Source: Opitutia bacterium KCR 482
Lineage (GTDB): Bacteria > Verrucomicrobiota > Verrucomicrobiia > Opitutales > Intestinicryptomonadaceae
Reading direction: 5' to 3'
Assembly: GCA_029269845.2 (NCBI GenBank)
Contig: CP149973.1
Location: 1-32,000 of the forward strand
DNA length: 32,000 bases
Each line of letters begins with the position of its first letter. The first letter of the stretch is position 1. Below, piece after piece: positions 15,874 to 23,444 of the stretch. A program made the position numbers and the translations under genes. The notes beneath the pieces were generated by a model. That model worked only from the letters and a program-made list of their open reading frames with translations, was not told the DNA's origin and did no database searches.

Positions 15874-16966
15874 ACAAAAACGCCCCGAATGGGTTCCTGA
15901 AAACGCCGACAAACGGTTCTTCACGACTTCTGTAATGTCGGGAGTTCCGTCGCCGTCCGACGTTTCCTACGCGCCGCGCCCGAAGCGCAAAAAGCTCACT
16001 CTCGAAGACTACAAGGCGGGCGTGCTCGCCGCCGACAAAACCGTTCTGGCGCGGGCAATAACACTCGTGGAAAGCAATTCCGACGCGCACTTCGACGCCG
16101 CGCAGGAGCTTATCGCAAGCCTGCTTCCGCATTCGGGCAAGGCGTTCAGAATCGGAATTACGGGCGTCCCCGGCGCGGGGAAATCGTCGTTCATAGAGAC
16201 TTTCGGCTCGATGCTCTGCAACGAGTTCGGCAAGAAAGTTGCGGTGCTCGCGGTAGACCCGTCAAGCTCGATAACCGGCGGCAGCATTTTGGGCGACAAA
16301 ACCCGCATGGAAAACCTTTCGCGCAACGCAAACGCGTTCATTCGCCCGTCGCCGTCGGGCGGAGTGCTCGGAGGGGTCGCCCGCAAAAGCCGCGAAACAA
16401 TGATTCTTTGCGAGGCGGCGGGCTACGACGTAATCCTCGTCGAAACCGTGGGCGTAGGGCAGAGCGAGGTCACCGTGCGCTCCATGACGGACTTCTTCCT
16501 GCTCGTGCAGCTTGCCGCGCAGGGCGACGAATTGCAGGGAATAAAAAAGGGCGTCATCGAGCTTGCCGACGGCATTCTCGTCAACAAGTGCGACGGCAAC
16601 ATGGTGGAACGCTCCAACCTCAAACGCGCCGAGCTTGCGGGGGTTCTCAACTTCCTCAACTCGCCTACGCCCGATTGGAAGCCGTTTTGCGACGTCTGCT
16701 CCGCGCTCACGGGCATGGGCATTCGCTCCGCGTGGGAGAAATTGGAGGAGTTCCGCAGGAAAACAACCGCCGACGGATACCTCGAAAAACGGCGCGGAGA
16801 GCAGGAAACCGAGTGGTTCAAGTCGCTGCTCGAACGCGAAATTTTGCGCAGATTCTACCGCCGCGACGGCATGGAGGAGGCAATCGCCCGCTACTCGAAA
16901 CTCGTCTCCGACGCCGAAATTACCGCAGCCGCCGCCGTCAAAAAATTGATGTCCGACAATGGATAG
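15863..16966 (+). CDS. meaB: Methylmalonyl-CoA-mutase-associated G3E GTPase MeaB/ArgK
   Basis: P-loop GITGVPGAGKSS, plus DPSS, ETVGVGQSE and NKCD motifs. The ATG at 15863 overlaps the rmuC 3' end by 11 nt. The ORF-track start at 15842 is TTG. Confidence 0.88.
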   Translation: MSDEQKRPEWVPENADKRFFTTSVMSGVPSPSDVSYAPRPKRKKLTLEDYKAGVLAADKTVLARAITLVESNSDAHFDAAQELIASLLPHSGKAFRIGITGVPGAGKSSFIETFGSMLCNEFGKKVAVLAVDPSSSITGGSILGDKTRMENLSRNANAFIRPSPSGGVLGGVARKSRETMILCEAAGYDVILVETVGVGQSEVTVRSMTDFFLLVQLAAQGDELQGIKKGVIELADGILVNKCDGNMVERSNLKRAELAGVLNFLNSPTPDWKPFCDVCSALTGMGIRSAWEKLEEFRRKTTADGYLEKRRGEQETEWFKSLLEREILRRFYRRDGMEEAIARYSKLVSDAEITAAAAVKKLMSDNG

Positions 16967-17897
16967 CGGCGAACCGCAGATTTCCCCCGACCTCAAAAAC
17001 ACCGTGGCGGAGTTCCGTGCCTTTCTCAAAATGGAGCTTGGGCGGAGCGCAAACACGGTGGCTTCGTACACGTCCGACGTCGCGCAGTTCGCGGCGTTTC
17101 TACACGCGCGGAAAATAGAGTCGTTCGCCGACGTCGACGCCGACTCGCTTGTCGAGTGGATTTCGGGGATTGCCCGCAACACAAAGGCTTCAACGCAGTC
17201 GCGGAAACTCAGCGCAATGAAGTCGCTCGCGGGCTTCCTCGTAGACGAAAGGGTTTGGTCGAAAAACTACTGCGACCTCGTCGCGCGTCCGAAACTCAGG
17301 CGCAATATCCCCGAAATACTCTCCGCCGGGGAAGTCGCCCGCCTTCTGGAAGCCCCGCCTACCGACACCCCAGAGGGGCTGCGCGACCGCGCCATGCTCG
17401 AACTGATGTACAGCAGCGGGCTGCGCGTCTCCGAACTTTGCGGAATCCGCGAAAGCGACATCGACGTCGCCGAGCGCATTTTGCGCGTCGTCGGCAAAGG
17501 CTCGAAAACGCGCCTCGTGCCCGTCGGGGCGTACGCGCTTGCGGCAATCTCGGCATACAAGGCGGCGCGGCGCGACATCTTGGGGGGCGCGGAAGTTCCC
17601 GAACTTTTCGTAACGCGGCGCGGCGGGAAAATTTCGCGCAAAACGTTCTGGTATAATATAAAAAGATACGCAATAGCCGCAGGGATAGAAAAAAACGTAA
17701 AGCCGCACATTCTGCGCCATTCGTTCGCGACCCACCTGCTGCAAAACGGCGCAAATCTGATGTCGATACGCGAAATGCTCGGGCACAGCGACCTTTCCAC
17801 AACGCAAATCTACACGAACCTCCTCAACGACGAAATCTGCGCCCAGCACGCAAAAAAACACCCGCGCTCGAAGATGGACGTTCCCGATTCGCTATGA
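16959..17897 (+). CDS. xerD: Site-specific tyrosine recombinase, XerC/XerD family (XerD-like)
   Basis: 312 aa. Motifs are ..RDRAMLELMYSSGLRVSEL.., HILRHSFATHLLQNGANLMSIREMLGHSDLSTTQIYT (R-H-R-H/Y catalytic pattern). The start overlaps the meaB stop by 8 nt. The XerC versus XerD assignment is uncertain. Confidence 0.85.
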   Translation: MDSGEPQISPDLKNTVAEFRAFLKMELGRSANTVASYTSDVAQFAAFLHARKIESFADVDADSLVEWISGIARNTKASTQSRKLSAMKSLAGFLVDERVWSKNYCDLVARPKLRRNIPEILSAGEVARLLEAPPTDTPEGLRDRAMLELMYSSGLRVSELCGIRESDIDVAERILRVVGKGSKTRLVPVGAYALAAISAYKAARRDILGGAEVPELFVTRRGGKISRKTFWYNIKRYAIAAGIEKNVKPHILRHSFATHLLQNGANLMSIREMLGHSDLSTTQIYTNLLNDEICAQHAKKHPRSKMDVPDSL

Positions 17898-17935
17898 TTG
17901 CGCCGCGCCTGCAAAATGTTTGCGACTGATTGCGG

Positions 17936-18496
17936 CTATCCCGTAATCAGGATTTTTATTCCGATTAAAACAAGCACTATTCCGCCCGCCACCGCGAATT
18001 TTCCGTCGTACGAGCTTCCTATCCGCTTGCCGAACTTTATTCCGCACACCGAGAACGCGAACGTCGTAAGCCCTATGAAAATCGACGGGTACAAAATGGG
18101 GTATTTCGCGCACGAAAACGACACCCCGATTGCGAGCGCGTCGAGGCTCGTTGCAATCGCAAGCAGGAAAAGAACGCGGTAGTCGAGCTTCGGATAGGCG
18201 AAGCATTCGTCGATTTCCTCCTTCTTCGAAAATCCGTCGAACACCATTTTTCCGCCGACGAGCGCGAGCATCAAAAAAGCAATCCAGTGGTCGAACGCCG
18301 CGATGTACTCGTAGGCGAATTCGCCCAGATTCCAGCCCGCAAGCGGCATTATCGCCTGAAACAGCCCGAACGCCCCCGCGACTATCGCCGCGTTTTTGTT
18401 GGCGATTTTCGGCGCGCTTATTCCGCAGGCAATCGACACCGCAAACGCGTCCATCGAAAGCGCGATTGCGATAAATACCAGTTCGACAAAATTCAT
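17936..18496 (-). CDS. mntP: Manganese efflux pump MntP (DUF204 family)
   Basis: The ATG at 18496 gives 186 aa starting MNFVELVFIAIALSMDAFAVSIA... A second half-repeat ..AIATSLDALAIGVSF.. is present, and the protein has 6 predicted TM segments. Confidence 0.88.
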   Translation of the reverse strand: MNFVELVFIAIALSMDAFAVSIACGISAPKIANKNAAIVAGAFGLFQAIMPLAGWNLGEFAYEYIAAFDHWIAFLMLALVGGKMVFDGFSKKEEIDECFAYPKLDYRVLFLLAIATSLDALAIGVSFSCAKYPILYPSIFIGLTTFAFSVCGIKFGKRIGSSYDGKFAVAGGIVLVLIGIKILITG

Positions 18497-18586
18497 ATCT
18501 TTCCGATAATGCCGCGCGCGCATTTTGGAACAAGAAAATTTTTGAAAATGGTTGAAAAACACCGCGTGTTTTGCGCTAATTGCCGC

Positions 18587-19498
18587 ATGGAACGACTACT
18601 TCTCGACGGCGCGGAAATTTTGAAATTCAAAGCGGGCGCGTCAACATATCTTCTCAACCCAAAAGAGGGCGCGCGGCTCGTCAACTGGAACATTTCGATG
18701 GCGGACGGCGTCGTCCGCGACATTATCTACTGGGACGAAAACGCCCCGCTTTCGGGCGCGGATTTCGTTTCGGCTTCGGGCGGCATGTTCCCGATGTTCC
18801 CGTTCGGCGGGCCATCGTACGTCGACGGCAAAAAGGGCTTTTGGAAAAGCCCCGACGGCCGCGTTCTGCCCATGAAGCTTCACGGCTACGCATACGACGG
18901 CGTTTTCGAAACCGTCTTTTCCTCCGACTTCGACATTCGCCTGCGCCTCGTCCCCTCCGACGCCCTGCGCGAGGCTTACCCGTACAAGTGCGAATTTTTT
19001 GTCCACTACCGCTTCGGCGAGCTGTCGTTCTCTTGCGAGCTGATTCTCTCGAACGAATCGCCGGAAAAAATCCCGTGGGGCTGCGCGCTCCACCCTTATT
19101 TCTACCTGCCGTGGATTGGCGGAACTTCGCGCAAAAACTACCGCCTCCTCTCCGACGCAAAAAAGGCGTTTTCTTTCGACGGCGCAACGGGAACGTCGTC
19201 GCCCGCCGACATCTTCAAAAACTCTTTCGACGACCCCTCCATGGTCAACAAAGTCTGGACTTCCCTCAAACAGGCGTCCGCAAAGTTCGGACCGAAAAAC
19301 GGCGAGGAGGACATTACCGTGAAAATCGGCGGCGGCGGCAAAGAGCTCGGCGCGTCGTTCATAACGTGGTCGAAGCCCGACGCGCCGTTCTACTGCGTCG
19401 AGCCGTGGATGTCTCCGCCGAATTCTGCGGCAAAACCCGTGCATTTTGTCGAGGCGGGTGAGACAAAATCTTTCTCGGCGGAATTTTCTCTCATTTAA
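18587..19498 (+). CDS. Aldose 1-epimerase (galactose mutarotase-like) family protein
   Basis: 303 aa from the ATG at 18587 (MERLLLDG..); 18548 is an alternative start. Motifs are ..GGMFPMFPFGG.., ..LPMKLHGYAYD.. and ..ALHPYFYLPW... The 18287-18586 part of the tracked ORF overlaps mntP on the antisense strand and is Arg-rich. Confidence 0.75.
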   Translation: MERLLLDGAEILKFKAGASTYLLNPKEGARLVNWNISMADGVVRDIIYWDENAPLSGADFVSASGGMFPMFPFGGPSYVDGKKGFWKSPDGRVLPMKLHGYAYDGVFETVFSSDFDIRLRLVPSDALREAYPYKCEFFVHYRFGELSFSCELILSNESPEKIPWGCALHPYFYLPWIGGTSRKNYRLLSDAKKAFSFDGATGTSSPADIFKNSFDDPSMVNKVWTSLKQASAKFGPKNGEEDITVKIGGGGKELGASFITWSKPDAPFYCVEPWMSPPNSAAKPVHFVEAGETKSFSAEFSLI

Positions 19499-19504
19499 AA
19501 CGAT

Positions 19505-19963
19505 ATGCGGGCTGTATTTCAAAGGGTAAAAAACGCGGCGGTCGATGTTCTCGACGAGCCGCAGCACCGTTCAGCCGAAATCGGCGCGGGCGCGCTGATT
19601 TTGCTTGCTGTCGAAAACAACGATACAGAGGACGACGCAAAATGGCTTGCGTCGAAAATCGTCCGCATGCGCGTTTTCGGCGACGCGGAGGGAAAGATGA
19701 ATCTTTCGCTTTTGGACGTCGGAGGCGACGCGCTTGTGGTGAGCCAGTTCACGCTGTACGGCAGCCTGAAAAAAGGCACAAGGCCGTCGTTCAACCGCTC
19801 GGCGAGGGCGGAAATTTCGAAGCCGCTGTACGAAAAATTTTTGGAATGCTTGGAGGCGGAGCTGGGAAAGAAAGTGGGAAGAGGCTTGTTCGGGGCAATG
19901 ATGAACGTAAGCCTAACCAACGACGGGCCCGTAACCATTATCCTCGATTCTGACGGGGCGTGA
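19505..19963 (+). CDS. dtd: D-aminoacyl-tRNA deacylase
   Basis: 152 aa. Motifs are MRAVFQRV.., SQFTLYG, ..KGTRPSF.. and GLFGAMMNVSLTNDGPVTIILDS. Confidence 0.93.
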   Translation: MRAVFQRVKNAAVDVLDEPQHRSAEIGAGALILLAVENNDTEDDAKWLASKIVRMRVFGDAEGKMNLSLLDVGGDALVVSQFTLYGSLKKGTRPSFNRSARAEISKPLYEKFLECLEAELGKKVGRGLFGAMMNVSLTNDGPVTIILDSDGA

Positions 19964-19994
19964 AAATACCCCTCTAAGAGCGTTTCGCGAATGT

Positions 19995-20128
19995 CTCAGA
20001 CTGCTCGCGTACATAAGTACGCCACGCACCCTGAGCCACTCGCAAAGCCACTCTTATAGGGGCATTTTGACGCCCCTAACAAGTGAGCGCACGGCGCGAA
20101 GATTTTTAGGTTGCTTTGGGATAAAAGC
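19995..20128. repeat. Structured intergenic repeat, copy R1 (full-length unit, ~134 bp)
   Basis: It contains hairpins GCGTAC-ATAA-GTACGC and TAGGGGC-N8-GCCCCTA, then the tail ..CGAAGATTTTTAGGTTGCTTTGGGATAAAAG. The core 20002-20079 matches R2 at 77/78. Confidence 0.9.
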
Positions 20129-20162
20129 GGAGTAGGGCGTTTGTGTAGCCGACTTATGTTTG

Positions 20163-20245
20163 CGGATTGCTCGCGTACATAAGTACGCCACGCACCCTGA
20201 GCCACTCGCAAAGCCACTCTTATGGGGGCATTTTGACGCCCCTAA
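20163..20245. repeat. Structured intergenic repeat, copy R2 (core only)
   Basis: 20168-20245 matches 20002-20079 with a single A-to-G change at 20224. That change turns an A-U pair of the second hairpin into G.U if the + strand is transcribed. The copy diverges after ..GCCCCTAA. Confidence 0.9.
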
Positions 20246-20289
20246 AAACGGCGCGTGAAAGCACCGTTGATGCGGCGTTTCCTCGCACA

Positions 20290-20424
20290 CTCAGACCGCT
20301 CGCGTACAAAAGTACGCCACGCGTCCTGTCTGCGCGAGAAAGCCACCGCCTGAACGGCACTTTGACGCGCCTAACAAATGAGTGCTTGCGCACGAAGATT
20401 TTTTAGAGTGCGTTGGGGTAAAAG
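20290..20424. repeat. Structured intergenic repeat, copy R3 (full-length, diverged ~70% versus R1)
   Basis: It aligns to R1 at a constant offset of +295 without gaps up to the hairpin ahead of the T-run, and carries about 2 extra nt beyond that. The first hairpin stem is conserved (GCGTAC-AAAA-GTACGC). The second hairpin is degraded. The tail CGAAGATTTTTTAGAGTGCGTTGGGGTAAAAG is conserved. Confidence 0.8.
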
Positions 20425-20483
20425 TTTCGTAATTAGTTAGCTGAGATTCCATGTTAGCGGATTTCCGTTTTCCCTTTTTTATC

Positions 20484-20508
20484 CGCGCAAAGCGCGTCTA
20501 TTTTAATT
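20484..20508 (+). terminator. Possible weak terminator (CGCGC-AAA-GCGCG followed by TCTATTTT)
   Basis: 5-bp GC stem with a triloop and an interrupted T-tract, downstream of the repeat cluster. Confidence 0.3.
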
Positions 20509-20571
20509 TGTTTCTTACAAAACAGAGAATATCCCAACGCAAGTAATTGGCGAAGCCAATACGAACTGATA

Positions 20572-20598
20572 CAAAAAAGGCGCGGTTATAGCCGCGCC
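20572..20598 (-). terminator. Rho-independent terminator after the beta-barrel (porin-like) gene
   Basis: On the - strand: GGCGCGG-loop-CCGCGCC followed by T6, about 50 nt after the stop at 20648. Confidence 0.8.
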
Positions 20599-20647
20599 GA
20601 ATAATAACTATAAGGAACGAAGTTCCGTAGGGTGGCGCGACTCGCGC

Positions 20648-21493
20648 CTAGAAGCCGATGGAGGCTTTTGTGCCGAACCAAACTCTGCTTGCAGTGGATT
20701 CAAGTTCGGTGTAGTCGTTGTTGTATGCGTAGCGAACACCGACGGAGAGCGTGCAGTATTCGTTGATGGCAACGACAGCGTCTGCGGAAGCCGCAAAGTA
20801 GCTGTATCCGCCGCTTGTAGCGGTCGTCGTCCAGCCGTAGACGGCAGCGAGGTCGATTGTGCCCCAGTTTCTGTCGGCAATCCACTTTGTGACGGGAGCC
20901 GAGTAAGTCGCGCCGGCTTCGAGCGTGTAGACGCCGAGAGTGAAGTCGTAGTAGGCGGCGGCGGTCGGGCTTACGTTGAAGTCGCCGAGGAAGTCTACGG
21001 TGTCGTAGGAAACCGCGAATTTCATTTCGTGCGAGTTCGGGTCGACAGCGTTGTCCGTGTAGGTGTATGCCGTGTAGCCGAGGTCGAACGTGAAGTTCTT
21101 GATTTCGTATGTGATGCCGGCATAGAAGTCAATCTCGTCGGAAACGCCAGCCTTGGTGGGGGTGTTGGCCCAAACGCCGGCATAGGCCGCGAAGCCGTGG
21201 CTGAGGTCGTACGCCGCGTCGATTTGCGGATTGAGGGAAGCGCCCGCGAGAGCCATGCCGCGGAAGACGTATTCCGATTCAAATCCGAGCGTGAGCGACG
21301 CCGAGAATTTGTCGAGAACCTTCGCGCAGACTTCTTCGTCGGCGAGAGTGTTGATTGCTTTCGCTTCGGGCTGAGCTGCGGGAGCGGCAGCGGGAGCCGC
21401 GGGGGCTGCTACAACCGTAGCTTCCGCCGCGTAGGACGCGCATGCGCATGCGCATGCGATTAACGATGATATTGCTGTGATTGTTTTTTTCAT
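20648..21493 (-). CDS. Outer-membrane beta-barrel protein, TorF/Gcw_chp-family putative porin
   Basis: 281 aa. It has signal peptide MKKTITAISSLIACACACASYA, an Ala/Pro linker, and alternating-hydrophobic strands. The family-like block is SEYVFRGMAL..NPQIDAAYDLSHGFAAYAGVWANT. The C-terminus ..ASIGF ends in Phe, typical of OMPs. Confidence 0.75.
   Translation of the reverse strand: MKKTITAISSLIACACACASYAAEATVVAAPAAPAAAPAAQPEAKAINTLADEEVCAKVLDKFSASLTLGFESEYVFRGMALAGASLNPQIDAAYDLSHGFAAYAGVWANTPTKAGVSDEIDFYAGITYEIKNFTFDLGYTAYTYTDNAVDPNSHEMKFAVSYDTVDFLGDFNVSPTAAAYYDFTLGVYTLEAGATYSAPVTKWIADRNWGTIDLAAVYGWTTTATSGGYSYFAASADAVVAINEYCTLSVGVRYAYNNDYTELESTASRVWFGTKASIGF
21438..21458. repeat. Hexanucleotide microsatellite (GCGCAT) x3.5 inside the porin signal-peptide coding region
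   Basis: gcgcatgcgcatgcgcatgcg encodes ACACACA on the - strand. A change in unit number would stay in frame. Confidence 0.8.
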
Positions 21494-21547
21494 GATGTTT
21501 GTAGTTTGAAAACGGGTAATAATTATTATTTTCTTACGTCATGCAAC

Positions 21548-21577
21548 AAAAAAATGCAAACGCATTTACGTTTGCAT
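21548..21577 (-). terminator. Rho-independent terminator between amtB and the porin gene
   Basis: On the - strand: ATGCAAACG-N6-CGTTTGCAT (9-bp stem) followed by T7. Confidence 0.8.
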
Positions 21578-21590
21578 TTTGGGGAAAAGG

Positions 21591-21623
21591 GCGATTCCGC
21601 CGGAGCTTGTCCGACGGAATCGC
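21591..21623 (-). other. Second hairpin immediately after the amtB stop (GCGATTCCG-N15-CGGAATCGC)
   Basis: 9-bp stem followed by CCCTTTT. It sits in tandem with the terminator at 21548-21577. Confidence 0.5.
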
Positions 21624-21630
21624 ATGGTGG

Positions 21631-22953
21631 TTATTCGTTCGAGAAAATTTGGAATCCGTGGTAGGCTTCCATACCGTGTTCGCCTACGTCCAGACCTCTG
21701 AGTTCTTCGGAGTGTTCCACTCTCAGGCCGATTGTCTTCTTCAAGATGTAGAAGATGATTCCGCTGCTTGCGATTGCCGCAACCGCCACCGCGACTATGC
21801 CGATGATTTGCGGGACAAGCTCGTGGTCGGGCGAGAAGATGCCGACCGCCAGCGTTCCCCACACGCCGCATACCAAGTGTACGGAGAGCGCGCCGACGGG
21901 GTCGTCGATGTGGAGCTTGTCGAAGAAGTAGACCGCGAATACAACCACGACACCCGAAATTGCTCCGATTACGCAGGAGGCTGTAATCGAAACACAGTCC
22001 GCCGAAGCCGTGATGCCTACGAGACCCGCCAAGCAACCGTTGAGAATCATGGAAAGGTCGGGCTTCTTTTGTACGAACCACGAGGTGAACATAGCCGCCA
22101 TCAAGCCCGCGGAAGCGGAGAGGGCTGTCGTCGTAAAGACGTATGCGACCATTGTGGTGTCGGCCGAGAATACCGACGCGCCGTTGAATCCGAACCAGCC
22201 GAACCACAGGAGGAACACGCCGAGTGTTGCGAACCCGAGGTTGCTGCCGGGGATTGCGTGCGTTCTGCCGTTTACATACTTTCCGATGCGCGGGCCAACC
22301 ATAATCGCGCCAACAAGAGCCGCCCAGCCGCCGACCGAGTGCACGAATGTCGAACCCGCGAGGTCGTAGAATCCGAGGTCTTTGAGCCAGCCGCCGCCCC
22401 AGCCCCACGAGCCGATGAGCGTGTAGCCGAATGTGGCGTAGAGGATTGCAAAGACGATGTAGGCGTTAAACTTGATTCGTTCCGCAACCGCGCCCGAGAC
22501 GATTGTCACGGCAGTCGCGGCGAACATGCCCTGAAAGATGAAGTCGGTCCAGTAGGAATAGAGGCCTCCGTTGTAGTCTATCGCCGCGCCTTCGGGGGCG
22601 GCGACTCCGAGACCTCCGAATCCGAGGAACTTGCCCAAAATCCAGGATTCGCCGGGGTACATCAGGTTGAAGCCGATTACGACGTACGTCAGAAGACCGA
22701 TTGCAACCGTGATTATGTTCTTTGTTAGAATATTCACGCTGTTCTTTGCTCGGCACAAGCCCGTTTCGACAAGCGCGAACCCGGGGTGCATCGAGAAAAC
22801 GAGAATCGCTCCCAAGAGAATCCAGAGATTGTTTACTGTGAACATTTCGGCGGACACCTTTGCGGGAGCCGCCGCCGCCGCTTCCTCTGCCCGCGCCGCG
22901 AGGCATGCGAGCATGGAGAAGACGGTGGTAGCCGTTAAAATTTTCCTGTTCAT
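21631..22953 (-). CDS. amtB: Ammonium transporter AmtB (Amt/Mep/Rh family)
   Basis: 440 aa with signal peptide MNRKILTATTVFSMLACLAARA and about 11 TM segments. The twin-His pore motifs are ..LAGSTFVHSVGGWAAL.. and ..ALSVHLVCGVWGTLAVG.. Confidence 0.95.
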   Translation of the reverse strand: MNRKILTATTVFSMLACLAARAEEAAAAAPAKVSAEMFTVNNLWILLGAILVFSMHPGFALVETGLCRAKNSVNILTKNIITVAIGLLTYVVIGFNLMYPGESWILGKFLGFGGLGVAAPEGAAIDYNGGLYSYWTDFIFQGMFAATAVTIVSGAVAERIKFNAYIVFAILYATFGYTLIGSWGWGGGWLKDLGFYDLAGSTFVHSVGGWAALVGAIMVGPRIGKYVNGRTHAIPGSNLGFATLGVFLLWFGWFGFNGASVFSADTTMVAYVFTTTALSASAGLMAAMFTSWFVQKKPDLSMILNGCLAGLVGITASADCVSITASCVIGAISGVVVVFAVYFFDKLHIDDPVGALSVHLVCGVWGTLAVGIFSPDHELVPQIIGIVAVAVAAIASSGIIFYILKKTIGLRVEHSEELRGLDVGEHGMEAYHGFQIFSNE

Positions 22954-22981
22954 GATAGTGTAAATATAGAGTGTTAGTTTT

Positions 22982-23323
22982 TTAGCCTATTGCTTCGGGA
23001 CCCGTTTCGCGCGTGCGAACGCGTATGCATTGCTGCATGTCGAGAATGAAGATTTTTCCGTCGCCGATGTGGTCGGTCTGCGCTCCTTTTATGATGGACT
23101 CGACCGTGATGTCGACAAATTCGTCGTTGACGCCGATTTCCAAGCGAACTTTTTTGAGCAGGTTCACTTCTATTTCGTTGCCGCGATAGTTTTCGCTGTA
23201 TCCTCTTTGCCTTCCGCAACCGAGGGCGTTTGTCACTGACAGCCTGTAAATTTGGTTCTTGAAGAGTTCCTTCTTCACTTCGCCTAATTGTTCGGGCTTG
23301 ATGTATGCTATTATGAGTTTCAT
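22982..23323 (-). CDS. glnK: Nitrogen regulatory protein P-II
   Basis: 113 aa. The sequence runs [13 protein letters not shown].., the T-loop is [15 protein letters not shown] with the conserved Tyr, and the C-terminus is ..[26 protein letters not shown]. The gene lies 28 bp upstream of amtB. Confidence 0.93.
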   Translation of the reverse strand: MKLIIAYIKPEQLGEVKKELFKNQIYRLSVTNALGCGRQRGYSENYRGNEIEVNLLKKVRLEIGVNDEFVDITVESIIKGAQTDHIGDGKIFILDMQQCIRVRTRETGPEAIG

Positions 23324-23357
23324 TGGAGTATCTTTGTTGAGATGCTTTTTTATGATA

Positions 23358-23374
23358 AGCAGACCCTGTGCCAG
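23358..23374 (-). promoter_or_regulatory. Sigma-54 (-24/-12) promoter for glnK-amtB
   Basis: The - strand reads CTGGCACAGGGTCTGCT, against the consensus YTGGCACGrNNNTTGCW. GG/GC spacing is exact. The GC element is 34 nt upstream of the glnK ATG. Confidence 0.8.
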
Positions 23375-23444
23375 TTTTTGTCTGGTTTTGTAAATTGCTT
23401 TAAATCATTGTTTGCGCGTTTTGCGGCAGTTTTTGCGCCAAAAA

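Noticed and set aside
18497-18640. yybP-ykoY manganese riboswitch upstream of mntP.
   Set aside because: Only 51-90 nt separate mntP from the divergent gene. The - strand leader also lacks the conserved GGGGAGUAG-type core.
19996-20406. ORFs across the repeat cluster: 19996-20217 (-), 20054-20290 (-) and 20167-20406 (+), which contain repeated peptides such as LGASKCP[YH]KSGFASGSGCVAYLCTRA.
   Set aside because: The repeated peptide is simply the translation of the DNA repeat. The copies are offset by 166 nt, which is not a multiple of 3, so they fall in different frames. The sequences show no start context or protein-like features.
19995-20424. The repeat cluster read as a CRISPR array, an integron attC array or a glutamine (glnA-type) riboswitch.
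   Set aside because: The units are 80-135 bp with irregular spacing (166 and 129 bp) and no unique spacers, so it is not a CRISPR array. The gaps between copies are far too short for gene cassettes, and no intI gene is present. On the - strand the repeats lie downstream of the nitrogen genes rather than upstream, and they lack the CGGAAG-type glutamine-riboswitch core as I remember it.
10281-20467. Shared 11-mer GCGGATTTCCG at 10281 and 20457, each part of a GCGGAT/ATCCGC hairpin, considered as a dispersed REP-like element.
   Set aside because: A rough count predicts hundreds of chance 11-mer coincidences in 32 kb across two strands. The loops differ (4 versus 18 nt), and nothing else is shared.
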